Of a DNA stretch of 64,000 nt, positions 38,649 through 54,295 are shown piece by piece (the stretch's first letter is position 1; every line of letters starts with the position of its first letter). Made by a program: the position numbers and the translations under genes. The notes beneath the pieces are model-generated. The model was not told the origin of the DNA. It did no database searches and saw nothing but the letters and a program-made list of their open reading frames with translations. The DNA lies in the NCBI GenBank assembly GCA_951406725.2, contig OX597833.1, positions 23,250,001 through 23,314,000 of the forward strand, read 5' to 3'. Source of the stretch: Octopus vulgaris (taxonomy: Eukaryota).

Positions 38649-39136
38649 TACATATATATATATATACATGCATCATCACGAAACCATTATTATTATTATT
38701 AAAATAACTATCATCATTCCATCTATATGTATGTGTGTGTGTATATATATATATATATTGGTAAAACGGTAAGATAACAAAAGAAAGAAAGAGACCTCAA
38801 TATTATGTAAATAGAGGAAATTTATCTATACAATAATATGTTACATTACTCGATAGTCAAGATAAAACTCTGAGTTTCAGATGCCGAAGTGGGAATCCAC
38901 AACACTATCTCTTCGGTTATCTGGCTATTTGAAAACGCTATGAAAGCGTTTTCATAGCGTTTTCAAATAGCCAGATAACCGAAGAGATGGCGTCGTGGAT
39001 TCCCACTTCGGCATCTGAAACTCAGAGTTTTATCTTGACTATCGAGTAATGTAACATATTATTGTATAGATAAATTTCCTCTATTTACATAATATTGAGG
39101 TCTCTTTCTTTCTTTTGTTATCTTACCGTTTTACCA

Positions 39137-39172
<36 letters not shown>

Positions 39173-39350
39173 ATATAGATGGAATGATGATAGTTATTTT
39201 AATAATAATAATAATGGTTTCGTGATGATGCATGTATATATATATATATATGTGTGTGTATATATATATATATAAATACATATGTGTGTGTGTGTATGTA
39301 TACATATGTGTATATGTATGTATATGTGTATATATATATAAATGTATGTG
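38538..39350. repeat. Near-perfect ~400-bp-arm palindrome with hammerhead-like motif
   Basis: Axis loop GCGT 38946-38949; + strand motif 38973-39035 AGATAA-CCGAAGA-GATG...CATC-t-GAAA-CTC a GAG-TT-TTATCT. Confidence 0.85.
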
Positions 39351-39542
39351 TGTGTGTATGTATACATATATGTATATGTATGTGTGTATATGTATGTGTA
39401 TATATATATATGTATGTATGTGTATATGTATATATGTATGTGTATATGTATATATATATATATGTATGTGTATATGTATGTGTGTATGTATACATATGTA
39501 TGTATATATATATGTGTGTATGTATATATATACATATATATA

Positions 39543-40362
39543 CAGAGTGAAAGGCAGACAGTATGATGCGTGTGTACGAACAGCCATGCTACATGGCAGT
39601 GAAACATGGGCCGTGACTGCTGAGGATATGCGTAAGCTCGCTAGAAATGAAGCAGTATGTATGATGTGTGTATACATAGTGTATGTGATATAGTTGTTGT
39701 ATTGTGTATGTATGTATATGATATGTGTGTGTGTATAGTATATGGTGTGTGTTATATATATAGTGTGTGTATGTGAGTATATGTTTGATGAGCCAGCCTA
39801 CGTATGCATACCTTCCCTTCTTGGGACACAAAACTCTACTTGTGAAGACGTGTTGAGGCAAGTGAGGATCAGAATCGAAATTGATCAGTGGAAATTGTGG
39901 ATGTGCTACCAATGCCGGTGGCATGTCGAAACTCTGCTTGTGAAGACCTGTTGAGGCAAGTGAGGATCAGAATCGAAATCGATCAATGGAAATCGATCAA
40001 TGGAAATTGCAGATGTGTTACCAGTGCCGGTGGCATGTAAGAGAACTTTCCGTTTCGCGACCGTTGCCAGCACCGCCCCGTTTCGTGTCCGTTGCCAGCC
40101 TCGCCTGGCCCTCGTGCCGGTGGCACATAAAAAGCTCCATCCTTTCGTGGCCGTTTGCCAGCTCTGTCTGGCACCAGTGCGGGTGGCACGTAAAAAGCAC
40201 CCACTACACTCACGGAGTGGTTGGCGTTAGGAAGGGCATCCAGCCGTAGAAACACTGCCAGATTTGACTGGGCCTGATGAAGCCTTCTGGCTTCACAGAC
40301 CCCAGTAGAACCGTCCAACCCATGCTAGCATGGAAAACGGACGCTAAATGATGATGATGATG
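39543..40362 (+). mobile_element. Fragments of RTE/RTEX-type LINE (ORF piece 39543-39660; 3' UTR 39790-40362)
   Basis: [26 protein letters not shown]; tail ending GGACGCTAAATGATGATG. Confidence 0.8.
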
Positions 40363-40530
40363 ATATATATGTGTGTATGTATATATATATGTGTGTATGT
40401 ATATATATGTGTGTATGTATATATATGTGTGTATGTATATATATGTGTGTATGTATATATATGTGTATATGTATATATATATGTGTGTGTATGTATATAT
40501 ATGTGTATGTATATATATGTATGTATATAT

Positions 40531-43500
40531 CACTTTGACCGACCAGTCCGTCAGGCGTCCATTTGACACCGCTGGTCACAGCACGCTGTCCTCCTCTCTG
40601 GATCGCGCCTTTCTCATCCACGTGATCCCAATCGTCCTCTTGAAATCGTCACTCCACCGTCGTGGAGGTCTTCCGGGTGGTCTTTTCCGCTCACGCGGGT
40701 ACCACTCGACAACTGCGTGCGTCCACCGATTATCGGTGAGCCGGGCGACGTGTCCAGCCCATCTATACTTGCTGCGAGTATACTCCTATTTCATCACTGC
40801 CGATCACCATTCGACCTGTTGGTACGTTGTCTGACCGCATGAACTTTGTTTTCATGCGGTTCATCTTGAGACCTACTGCAGAACTTTTGATGTCGAGCTC
40901 CGTCAGCATGGTCTGAAGCTGATCCATGTTTTCAGCGATGAGTACGATGTCGTCAGCGAAACGGAGGTGAGTGAGGAGCTCGCCATTGATGTTGACACCA
41001 CCTTGCTATTCGATGCTTTTGAATGATCTGTTCGAGACATGCAGTGAAAAGTTTTGGGGAGATTGTATCTCCTTGCTTCACTCCCTTCTCGACCGGCACT
41101 CGTATGGGTGATGACAGTAGAGCTATGTCGGTGGTACATCCGAAATTTGCCTCTCTGAGCAGTTGCACATATTGCACTTCGATTCCTTGCCTCTGCAGCG
41201 AGTTCAGCACTGCGTTGGTTTCGACGCTATCGAAGGCCTTCTCATCTCTCTCTATATATAAACGGCAGTTTGTCTGTGCGTGTTTCTGTGTGTCTGTTTG
41301 CTTGTACCCTCACCCTGACCACGGCTTTCAACCGATTCTGATGAAACTTGACACACACACATAGCCCAATGTCATAATTCAAAACTAACGCAGCGAAAAT
41401 TTTGAAAAGTTCTCCCAGTTCTGAAAAAAATCGATAAATTCGACATGGGGTCGACAATGAGAAACACAAACCACAAACTGTCTAGGGAACGCAACTCCAC
41501 CTTTTTTAAATCTCAAAAAAAAATTTACCATCATTTTTTTCCATTTTTTTGCTATTTTTTGGCTATAACTCTCTAAAAATGCTTTATAGTTATTTCCCTT
41601 ACAAACCTGAGCAACGCCGGGCGATACTGCTAGTAATCTATAAACGCAACGCAAAGAGGCAGCTTGTACTCATTTGCTCGCTCAAGCAGTTGCAATTGAG
41701 CAAATATATGGTCCATTGTGCTGTAGTTCTTCCGGAAGCCTGCTTGCTCTCTCGGTTGTTGTTCGTCGAGACGGCGTGACAACCTGTTCAGAATTATCTT
41801 CGTGAACAGCTTGTACACGTGAGACAGCAGACATATGGGTCGGTAGTTCTTTAGATCTTCTCTGTCGCCCTTCTTATACAGCAGGATGGTATTTGACTCT
41901 TTCCACTGCGAGGGAATTCTTCCCTCGTCTAGATAGTGCGTAAATCGCTCAGCGAGGATTTTCCGGAGCTGCTCTCTGCCTGACTTTAGCACCTCCGATG
42001 TTATACCGTCTTTCCCTGGAGCCTTTCCGTTTTTCATCGAGCCGATGGCTCTTTCAACCTCACTGACAAGGATAGGTGGCACATTTTCTTCCTGTTGGAG
42101 TGGTAGTAACGGCTGGACATTTCTGGTAGACTTAAAGAGCTTGGTGTAGAAGTCTTCACAAACTTTTTCCATCTCGCTCTTTTCGTTGACCGGTATTCCA
42201 TCTGTATTTTTCAGGGCCGTCACCTCCGATCTATATAGTACCATGTCCCTCTTGCATTTCTTGAGGCTCTTCTTTTCCTCTGCGGCCTTCAAGAGCTTCT
42301 CCATCCGGTATGCCTCAAAGTCTTTCTTTAGTTGCTGACGAATCACTCTGCTGAGAATGGAATATTCAAGGTGATCTTCAATAGTCTTCTTCATATTTTT
42401 CCTCTTCTCGAGTAACTTCGTAGTATCTTCCGAGATTCTTCCCTTCTTTTCTCTTGGGCATACACCCTTAGCCTTCCTTAAACACTCCTTCAGTTTCCCT
42501 ATCAATGAGTTGTAGTCATCGTCCATGTCGTCTCCTTGGCACCAGTCTTCCTTCATGATGGCTTCCTGCAGTTTTGCCTCGTTGTAGACTCGGACACGTT
42601 TTCCCTTCGACGTCAAATATAACGCCATCTTCTCCCTCTTCTCGTCGATGACGACCCTCGCCCTTACCAGACGATGATCGCTGCCGGTGTTGAATGGCGT
42701 CACGACGGAGACGTCATGCAATATGCGTCGCTTATCAACCGGGATGTAGTCGATCTCGCTTCGGTGCTTAGAGTTCGGCGATATCCAAGTCCATCTCTTC
42801 CTCTCCCTCTTCCTGAATAGGCTGTTTCCGATGTAGAGCTGCCTCGCCTCTGCCATGGTAGCCAAACGTTCTCCTCTCTCGTTTCTCTCTCCCATGCCGA
42901 ATCTCCTGACGTATTCCTCTCCTTGTTGTCCATGTCCAACCTTTGCGTTGAAGTCTCCCATCACGACAGTGTAAGTGGACTTCATAGCCAACCCTTTGTC
43001 TTGTTGTCGATAGAATTCTTCCACCTCGTCGTCGTCGCTGGGACAATCTTGAGGGTGGCCTTCCCTGAGAGGTTCACATTTAGTACACCAATCCGTGATG
43101 ATATGAAGTGGCAAGAAGCGACACTCGAAGCCCATTCCTTACTTACGATGAATCCGATACCTCCGACCGATCTAGCACCTTCTGCTCTTCCTAATCTCAC
43201 AATGCATCCATCTTGCCATCGTATACTCGCTTCCTTCTTCCAGCGTGTCTCGCACAGCCCTAATACGTCGCACCTGATCTTCTTCCTCTCCTCCATTAGG
43301 TGGTTCAGTTCTTGCCACCCTGCCATAGACCTGCAGTTGTAGGTGCATATGGCAAGTTTAGTCCTGTTCCATGACGGCTTTCGGGAAACTGTGATTCTTA
43401 GCAGCCTCTCGTCGCTCGAGTTGCACTCCGCCGTCATGGAGTGGCCCGATTGACGTGCAGGGTACTGAGTCCCTTTCCTTTTCTCTTCGTTCTTCGTGCT

Positions 43501-43752
43501 GTTTTAGCCATAAGATGACGCCATCCCGCTGGCTGGGCGGGCAGGCCGGTATTTTGTTGGATGGCCGTTGACTCTTCAGGAGTTCATCCGCCCTTTGTTG
43601 GGTCTTATTTTTCCATCCCACAGGGATTCCAACAGCACCATCCTCACCAAGCGAACATGGTGGGGTTGTCAGTTTAGTCGCCGACGTCCCGACCATGCAA
43701 CAGGTTGTACTGGATTACATGTTACCAGTAGCACTCTAGAGCGACCTGACAT
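40531..43752 (-). mobile_element. RTE-1-like LINE, near full length, Helitron-interrupted, internally deleted after RT
   Basis: CTYNCRS, GLCETR, GDFNAKVG, SEIDY, GSDHRL, NYRPICLLS, EQAGFR, FIDY|EKAFDSV, GVKQGDTISPKLF, LRFADDIV, RWAGHVAR, RPPGRPPRRW. Confidence 0.92.
41245..41633 (+). mobile_element. Non-autonomous Helitron inserted in RTE RT domain
   Basis: TC...hairpin-CTAG between A41244 and T41634; removal restores AFIDYEKAFDSVE. Confidence 0.92.
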
Positions 43753-43809
43753 GTATATATATATATGTATGTATATGTATGTATATATATATATGTTTTT
43801 TTTTAATTT

Positions 43810-44005
43810 TTACTTGTTTCAGTCATTTGACTGCGGCCATGCTGGAGCACCGCCTTTAGTCGAGCAAATCGACCCCGGGACTTATTCTTTATAAGCCCAG
43901 TACTTATTCTATCGGTCGCTTTTGCCGAACCGCTAAGTGACGGGGACGTAAACACACCAGCATCGGTTGTCAAGCAATGCTAGGGGGACAAACGCAGACA
44001 CACAA

Positions 44006-44010
<5 letters not shown>
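43810..44010 (-). mobile_element. SINE family A tail half
   Basis: Family A 3' body; a matching head lies at ~45030-45195(-) beyond intervening LINE-tail copies. Confidence 0.75.
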
Positions 44011-44047
<37 letters not shown>

Positions 44048-44465
44048 CATCATCATCATCATTTAGCGTCCGTTTTCCATGCTAGCATGGGTTGGACAGT
44101 TCAACTGGGGTCTGTGAAGCTGGAAGGCTTCATCAGGCCCAGTCAGATCTGGTAGTGTTTCTACGGCTGGATTCCCTTCCTAACGCCAACCACTCCGTGA
44201 GTGTAGTGGGTGCTTTTTACGTGCCACCCGCACAGGTGCCAGACAGAGCTGGCAAACGGCCACGAACGGATGGTGCTTTTACGAGTCACCGGCACGGGGG
44301 CCAGGCGAGGCTGGCAACGGACACGAACGGATGGTGCTTTTACGTGCCACCGACACGGAGGCTAGACGGGGCAGCGCCGGCAACGACCACGATTGGATGG
44401 TTCGCTTAACCACAGCTGCAATTCCCACTGATGTTGATCGACCTCAATTTGGTTCTGCTTTCTGA

Positions 44466-44513
<48 letters not shown>

Positions 44514-45005
44514 TATGTATATATCAGAATCGAAATCGATCAATGGAAATTGCGGATGTGTTACCAGTGCCGGTGGCATGTCGAAACTCTACTTGTGAAG
44601 ACCCGTTGAGGCAAGTGAGGATCAGAATCGAACTCGATCAATGGAAATTGCAGATGTGTTACCAGTGCCGGTGGCATGTAAGAGAACTTTCCGTTCGTGA
44701 CCGTTGCCAGCACCCGTTTCGTGTCTGTTGCCAGCCTCGCCTGGCCCTCGTGCCGGTGGCACATAAAAAGCACCATCCGTTCGTGGCCGTTTGCCAGCTC
44801 TGTCTGGCACCAGTGCGGGTGGCACGTAAAAAGCACCCACTACACTCACGGAGTGGTTGGCGTTAGGAAGGGCATCCAGCCGTAGAAACACTGCCAGATT
44901 TGACTGGGCCTGATGAAGCCTTCTGGCTTCACAGACCCCAGTAGAACCGTCCAACCCATGCTAGCATGGAAAACGGACGCTAAACGATGATGATGATGAT
45001 GATGA
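44048..45005. mobile_element. Two LINE 3' UTR copies in opposite orientation (44048-44470 -, 44525-45005 +)
   Basis: Near-identical to 47688-48050(-) and 39960-40362(+) respectively. Confidence 0.8.
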
Positions 45006-45568
45006 TATATACGTATATATATATACATATATACGATGGGCTTCTTTCAGTTTCCATCTACCAAATCCACTCACAAGGCATTGGTCGGCCTGGGGCTAGA
45101 GCAGAAGACACTTGCCCAGAGTGCCACGCAGTGGGACTGAACCCGGAACAATGTGGTTGGTTAGCAAGCTACTTACCACACAGCCACTCCTGCACCTATA
45201 TGTATGTATATATATATGTATGTATATATATATGTATATATATATGTATGTATAGATATATATGTATAGATATATATGTATATATATATATGTATGTATA
45301 GATATATATGTATATATATATATGTATGTATAGATATATATGTATATATATATATATGTATGTATAGATATATATGTATATATATATATGTATGTATAGA
45401 TATATATGTATATATATATATGTATGTATATATATGTATATATATATGTATGTATAGATATATATGTATATATATATGTATGTATATATATATATATATA
45501 TGTGTGTGTGTATGTATATATGTGTGTGTGTGTGTGTATGTATATATATATGTGTGTGTGTGTGTATG

Positions 45569-45599
<31 letters not shown>

Positions 45600-45892
45600 A
45601 TGTATATATGTGTGTGTGTGTGTGTGTATGTATATATGTGTGTGTGTGTGTATGTATATATGTGTGTATGTATATATGTGTGTATGTATATGTATGTATG
45701 TATATATATGTATATGTATGTATGTATATATATAACTATGTATATATATATGTATGTATATATATGTTTGTATGTATATGTATGTATGTATATATATAAC
45801 TATGTATATATATGTATGTATATATATGTTTGTATGTATATGTATGTATATATATATATATGTATATATATATACACATATACGTGTGTATT

Positions 45893-45950
<58 letters not shown>

Positions 45951-46427
45951 TGTATGTATGTATGTATATATGTATGTATGTATATATGTATGTATGTATA
46001 TATGTATGTATGTAGGTATATATGTATGTATATATGTATATATGTATGTATATATGTATGTATATATGTATGCATGTATGTTTATATGTATGTATGTATA
46101 TATGTATGTATGTATATATGTATGTATGTATGTATATATGTTTGTATGTATATATATATGTATATATATATAACTATGTATATATATACATATATATGTA
46201 TATATACATATATATAGATGTATGTATACATATATATAGATGTATGTATACATAAGTATGTGTATATATACATGTATATGGATGTATGTATACATAAGTA
46301 TGTGTATATATATATATACATATATATGGATGTGTATATATATATATATATGTATGTATGTATGTATATATGTATGTATGTATGTATATATGTATGTATG
46401 TATGTATATATGTATGTATGTATGTAT

Positions 46428-47416
46428 ATACAAAAGTTTCACAGGCAATACAGAACCCTGAGGACACTAAAAACCTGCAATGTGAGCTGGACGAAATATA
46501 CAAGTGGGCTGAAAAGAATAGCATGCAGTTCAATGCTGGAAAGTTTCAAGCTTTATACTATCAGCATGCAAAACTGAATGCAATACCCAATGAATACACT
46601 GGACCCGGAGGGATTGCAATCCCAGAGGCACAATCAGTGCGTGACCTGGGTATTCACATGAGTGATGACGCGACCTTTCATGTACATGTTGCTAAACTGA
46701 CGGTGAAATGTAGACGGCTGGCTGGCTGGATTCTTAGAACCTTTAGAACAAGAGAACAAGAAACCATGATGGTCCTCTGGAAGACACTTGTCCTAAGCCA
46801 CTTTGACTATTGCTCTCAGCTATGGTCACCATCCAGTGTCAAGTTGATCACAGAACTTGAGGCGATCCAACGAAGCTACACAAAGAAGATAGCCTCTATG
46901 CAGAATGTAAGCTACTGGGAAAGACTCAAGAGATTAAAATTATACTCCCTGGAGCGTAGGCGGGAAAGATATGCCATAATATACATCTGGAAGATCCTGG
47001 AGGGAAGTGTCCTGAACTTTGGCATTGAGAGTTACACAAATGCCAGAACTGGGCGCCACTGCGTGGTGCCTAGGACTCCAAACCTGCCATCAAGATGTAG
47101 GACAAGATTCTGTGATAGCCTGGGCTTCCGAGGCCCACAGCTCTTCAATATCCTCCCGAAGAACCTGAGAGACCTGCATGGGGTGGATACAGATGTCTTT
47201 AAAATGAAGCTGGATCTCTTCCTGTCTGGTGTCCCAGATGAACCAACTTCACGGCAGGAGGGGCAGATGAGGGCAGCTGCATCGAACTCTCTCATGCACC
47301 AAATAGCAGTTGCTAGAAAGCCCCCATGAAGTAAAACCAAGTAGCAACACCAAATGGCGGTGCCCCAGCATGGCCACAGCTCATGGGCTGGAACTGGAAT
47401 CAATCAATCAATCAAT
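46428..47416 (+). mobile_element. CR1-clade LINE 3' fragment
   Basis: TKVSQAI...VRDLG...[10 protein letters not shown]..., (TCAA)n tail; near-identical to part of 49360-51508. Confidence 0.9.
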
Positions 47417-48046
47417 CATATGTATGTATGTATATATATATGTATGTATGTATGTATATATATATGTATGTATGTATGTATATATATATGTATGTATGTA
47501 TGTATATATATATGTATGTATGTATATATGTGTATGTATATATATGTATATATATATGTATGTATGTATGTATGTATATATGTATGTATGTATGTATATG
47601 TATGTATGTATGTATATATATATGTATGTATGTATATATGTGTATGTATATATATATGTATGTATGTAAATATATATGTATGTATATATCATCATCATCA
47701 TCATTTAGCGTCCGCTTTCCATGCTAGCATGGGTTGGACGGTTCAACTGGGGTCTGTGAAGCCAGAAGGCTGCATCGGGCCCAGTCTGATCTGGCAGTGT
47801 TTCTACGACTGAATGCCCTTCCTAATGCCAACCACTCCGTGAGTGTTATGGGTGCTTTTTACGTGCCACCCGCACAGGTGCCAGACAGAGCTGGCAAACG
47901 GCCACGAACGGATGATGCTTTTACGTGCCACCGACACGGAGGCTAGACGGGGCAGCGCCGGCAACGACCACGATTGGATGGTTCGCTTAACCACAGCTGC
48001 AATTCCCACTGATGTTGATCGACCTCAATTTGGTTCTGCTTTCTGA

Positions 48047-48740
<694 letters not shown>

Positions 48741-48889
48741 TGCCACATCTGACTGGCCTGGTGCAGCCTTCGGGCTTCCCAGACCCCAGTTGAACCGTCC
48801 AACCCATGCTAGCATGGAAAGTGGACGTTAAACGATGATGATGATGATGATGATGATGATATATATGTATATATATATATATATGTATG

Positions 48890-48984
<95 letters not shown>

Positions 48985-49026
48985 GTATATATATATATGT
49001 ATATATATGTATATATATATATATGT

Positions 49027-49108
<82 letters not shown>

Positions 49109-49109
49109 G

Positions 49110-49142
<33 letters not shown>

Positions 49143-49159
49143 GTATATATATATATATG

Positions 49160-49238
<79 letters not shown>

Positions 49239-49284
49239 TATGTATATGTATATATGTATATATATATATGTATATATATATATG

Positions 49285-49317
<33 letters not shown>

Positions 49318-49359
49318 GTATATATATATTTATATATGTATATATATATATGTATATAT

Positions 49360-51507
49360 TGATTGATTGATTGATTGATTCTAGTTTCAGCTTATGAGCT
49401 GTGGCCATGCTGGGGCACCGCTATTTGGTGTTGCTACTTGGTTTCACTTCATGGAGGCTTTCTAGCAACTGCTATTTGGTGCATGAGAGAGTTCGATGCA
49501 GCTGCCCTCATCTGCCCCTCCTGCCGTGAAGTTGGTTCATCTGGGACACCTGACAGGAAGAGATCCAGCTTCATTTTAAAGACATCTGTATCCACCCCAT
49601 GCAGGTCTCTCAGGTTCTTCGGGAGAATATTGAAGAGCTGTGGGCCTCGGAAGCCCAGGCTATCACAGTATCTTGTCCTACATCTTGATGGCAGGTTTGG
49701 AGTCCTAGGCACCACGCAGTGGCGCCCAGTTCTGGCATTTGCGTAACTCTCGATGCCAAAGTTCAGGACACTTCCCTCCAGGATCTTCCAGATGTATATT
49801 ATGGCATATCTTTCCCGCCTACGCTCCAGGGAATATAATTTTAATCTCTTGAGTCTTTCCCAGTAGCTTACATTCTGCATAGAGGCTATCTTATTTGTGT
49901 AGCTTCGTTGGATCGCCTCAAGTTCTGTGATCAACTTGACACTGGATGGTGACCATAGCTGAGAGCAATAGTCAAAGTGGCTTAGGACAAGTGTCTTCCA
50001 GAGGACCATCATGGTTTCTTGTTCTCTTGTTCTAAAGGTTCTAAGAATCCATCCAGCCAGCCGTCTACATTTCATTGTCAGTTTAGCAACATGTACATGA
50101 AAGGTCGCGTCATCACTCATGTGAATACCCAGGTCACGCACTGATTGTGCCTCTGGGATTGCAATCCCTCCGGGTCCAGTGTATTCATTGGGTATTGCAT
50201 TCAGTTTTGCATGCTGATAGTATAAAGCTTGAAACTTTCCAGCATTGAACTGCATGCTATTCTTTTCAGCCCACTTGTATATTTCGTCCAGCTCACATTG
50301 CAGGTGTTTAGTGTCCTCAGGGTTCTGTATTGCCTGTGAAACTTTTGTATCATCTGCATAACTTGTGATCGTGGCTCTCTGCGTGGCTGAGGGCATGTCT
50401 GAGAGGGCCATTATGAACAGTAGTGGTCCCAGAACAGTGCCCTGCGGAACACCGCTCACTATTTGTGTGTTAATGGAGGTGGCCCCATTGGCTACTACCA
50501 CCTGACTTCTATCCTTCAGAAAGTCATGAAGCCATTCTCCCAGTTTTCCAACTATGTTGAGATCACGCAGTTTGTGACATATCATTCCATGATCGACTTT
50601 ATCAAAGGCCTTTGCAAAGTCGAGATATATCACTTCCACATTTGAGTGGTTGAGCAGCCATTTCAGCACCCAGTCATAGTGTTGTAGGAGCTGAGTTAAA
50701 CAGCTTCTCCCTGGTCGGAAACCATGTTGGGTGTCGGGCAGCAAGTCATTCTCTTCAAGGAAGGTGATCAGCTTCCTTCTGACTATTCGTTCCATGACCT
50801 TGCTGATGTGTGAGGTCAGAGAGATAGGTCTATAGTTCTTGGCTTCCGCTCTGCTACCTCCTTTATGAATGGGGCATATTTTACCTTCCTTCAGTTTTCC
50901 TGGAAGTTTGCCAGCTGCAAGGAAGCTCTGAAAGAGGAACTGCAGTGGTCTTGCTGGGACTCTCTTACATGCTTTTAGGAGGATTGCCGGGAATCCATTG
51001 GGGCCAGTAGCTGAGTCTGTTTTCATTTCATCTATAGCCTTGGTTACATCGTCTTCATTTATATCGATGTAATCTATCGTCGCCGCCTCTGATTTTATAT
51101 CTGCAGTGGTAAAAAAGTCAGTTGGATTGGTGATTTGGAGATGCCCAAGGGGTGGAGTGAAAACACTCTTGAATTGCTCATTCAGTATTTCACTTACCCT
51201 CATTGGTTTTCCTGTAAGTGTGCCATCCTTTTCGAGGAGTGGCCCTATTCTACAGTGCACTGTAGCTGTTTCTTTGGCATACCTGTAGAAAGCTCTGGGG
51301 TTAGATTTTATGTTTTCTATAGCCCAGGCTTCTTTGTCTGCTCTTTCTTTTTCATGGGAGAGTTGCAGACATTTTTCGATTTCCAACAGTTTTATTTTTA
51401 GGCGGGACTTTTCACTGCTTTCAATCTGTTTGTTTAGGCGATTTGAAAATTTCGTACGCCGTCTCATTAAAATTTTCCTCTCTCTGGGGATTTTGTTCTT
51501 GTGTACA

Positions 51508-51508
<1 letters not shown>
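49360..51508 (-). mobile_element. 5'-truncated CR1-clade LINE with open RT frame
   Basis: [54 protein letters not shown]; stop at 49449; (TCAA)n tail. Confidence 0.93.
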
Positions 51509-51577
<69 letters not shown>

Positions 51578-51644
51578 ATATATATATATATGTATAAATA
51601 TATATGTATAAATATATATGTATATATATATATATGTATAAATA

Positions 51645-51699
<55 letters not shown>

Positions 51700-51704
51700 A
51701 AATA

Positions 51705-51757
<53 letters not shown>

Positions 51758-52084
51758 AAATATATATATATATGTATAAATATATATGTATATATATATG
51801 TATAAATATATATGTATATATATATATATATGTATAAATATATATGTATATATATATATATATGTATAAATATATATGTTTATATATATATATATATGTA
51901 TAAATATATATGTATATATATATGTATAAATATATATGTATATATATATGTATAAATATATATGTATATATATATATATGTATAAATATATATGTATATA
52001 TATATGTATAAATATATATGTATATATATATATATATGTATAAATATATATGTATATATATATGTATAAATATATATGTATATA

Positions 52085-52240
<156 letters not shown>

Positions 52241-52254
52241 ATATATATATTATA

Positions 52255-52333
<79 letters not shown>

Positions 52334-52363
52334 GTATATATATATGTATATATATATTATATA

Positions 52364-52424
<61 letters not shown>

Positions 52425-52425
52425 G

Positions 52426-52457
<32 letters not shown>

Positions 52458-52465
52458 TATGTATG

Positions 52466-52560
<95 letters not shown>

Positions 52561-52579
52561 GTATATATATATACATATA

Positions 52580-52745
52580 TACGACGGGCTTCTTTCAGTT
52601 TCCATCTACCAAATCCACTCACAAGGCATTGGTCGGCCTGGGGCTAGAGCAGAAGACACTTACCCAGAGTGCCACGCAGTGGGACTGAACCCGGAACAAT
52701 GTGGTTGGTTAGCAAGCTACTTACCACACAGCCACTCCTGCACCT
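52580..52745 (-). mobile_element. SINE family A head (duplicate of 45030-45195)
   Basis: Shares the variants GGCTAGAGCAG, CCAGAGTGCC and CCGGAACAATG with the 45030 copy. Confidence 0.8.
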
Positions 52746-53187
52746 ATATGTATGTATATATATATATGTATGTATATATAGATATATATATATATGTATA
52801 TATATATATGTATATATATATGTATGTATAGATATATATGTATATATATATGTATGTATAGATATATATGTATATATATGTATGTATAGATATATATGTA
52901 TATATATGTATGTATAGATATATATATATATGTATGTATAGATATATATGTATAGATATATATGTATAGATATATATGTATAGATATATATGTATATATA
53001 TATATGTATGTATAGATATATATGTATATATATATATGTATGTATAGATATATATGTATAGATATGTATGTATAGATATATATGTATATATATATATGTA
53101 TGTATAGATATATATGTATAGATATATGTATGTATAGATATATGTATGTATAGATATATGTATGTATAGATATATATGTATATATAT

Positions 53188-54000
53188 GGATTGCAATCCC
53201 AGAGGCACAATCAGTGCGTGACCTGGGTATTCACATGAGTGATGACGCGACCTTTCATGTACATGTTGCTAAACTGACAATGAAATGTAGACGGCTGGCT
53301 GGATGGATTCTTAGAACCTTTAGAACAAGAGAACAAGAAACCATGATGGTCCTCTGGAAGACACTTGTCCTAAGCCACTTTGACTATTGCTCTCAGCTAT
53401 GGTCACCATCCAGTGTCAAGTTGATCACAGAACTTGAGGCGATCCAACGAAGCTACACAAAGAAGATAGCCTCTATGCAGAATGTAAGCTACTGGGAAAG
53501 ACTCAAGAGATTAAAATTATATTCCCTGGAGCGTAGGCGGGAAAGATATGCCATAATATACATCTGGAAGATCCTGGAGGGAAGTGTCCTGAACTTTGGC
53601 ATCGAGAGTTACGCAAATGCCAGAACTGGGCGCCACTGCGTGGTGCCTAGGACTCCAAACCTGCAATCAAGATGTAGGACAAGATACTGTGATAGCCTGG
53701 GCTTCCGAGGCCCACAGCTCTTCAATATCCTCCCGAAGAACCTGAGAGACCTGCATGGGGTGGATACAGATGTCTTTAAAATGAAGCTGGATCTCTTCCT
53801 GTCAGGTGTCCCAGATGAACCAACTTCACGGCAGGAGGGGCAGATGAGGGCAGCTGCATCGAACTCTCTCATGCACCAAATAGCAGTTGCTAGAAAGCCT
53901 CCATGAAGTGAAACCAAGTAGCAACACCAAATGGCGGTGCCCCAGCATGGCCACAGCTCATAAGCTGAAACTAGAATCAATCAATGAATCAATCAATCAA
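53188..54000 (+). mobile_element. CR1-clade LINE 3' fragment (third copy)
   Basis: Near-identical to 46610-47416 and to the reverse complement of 49360-50160. Confidence 0.9.
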
Positions 54001-54059
54001 AAAAATGTATGTATATAGATATATATGTATGTATATAGATATATATGTATATATATATG

Positions 54060-54110
<51 letters not shown>

Positions 54111-54295
54111 ATGTATATATATGTGTGTATGTATATATGTGTGTATGTATATATATGTGTGTATGTATATATATATGTTTGTATGTATGTATGTATATAT
54201 ATGTATATGTATGTATATGTATGTATGTATATATATGTATATGTATGTATGTATATATATAACTATGTATATATATATACATATATATATGTATA

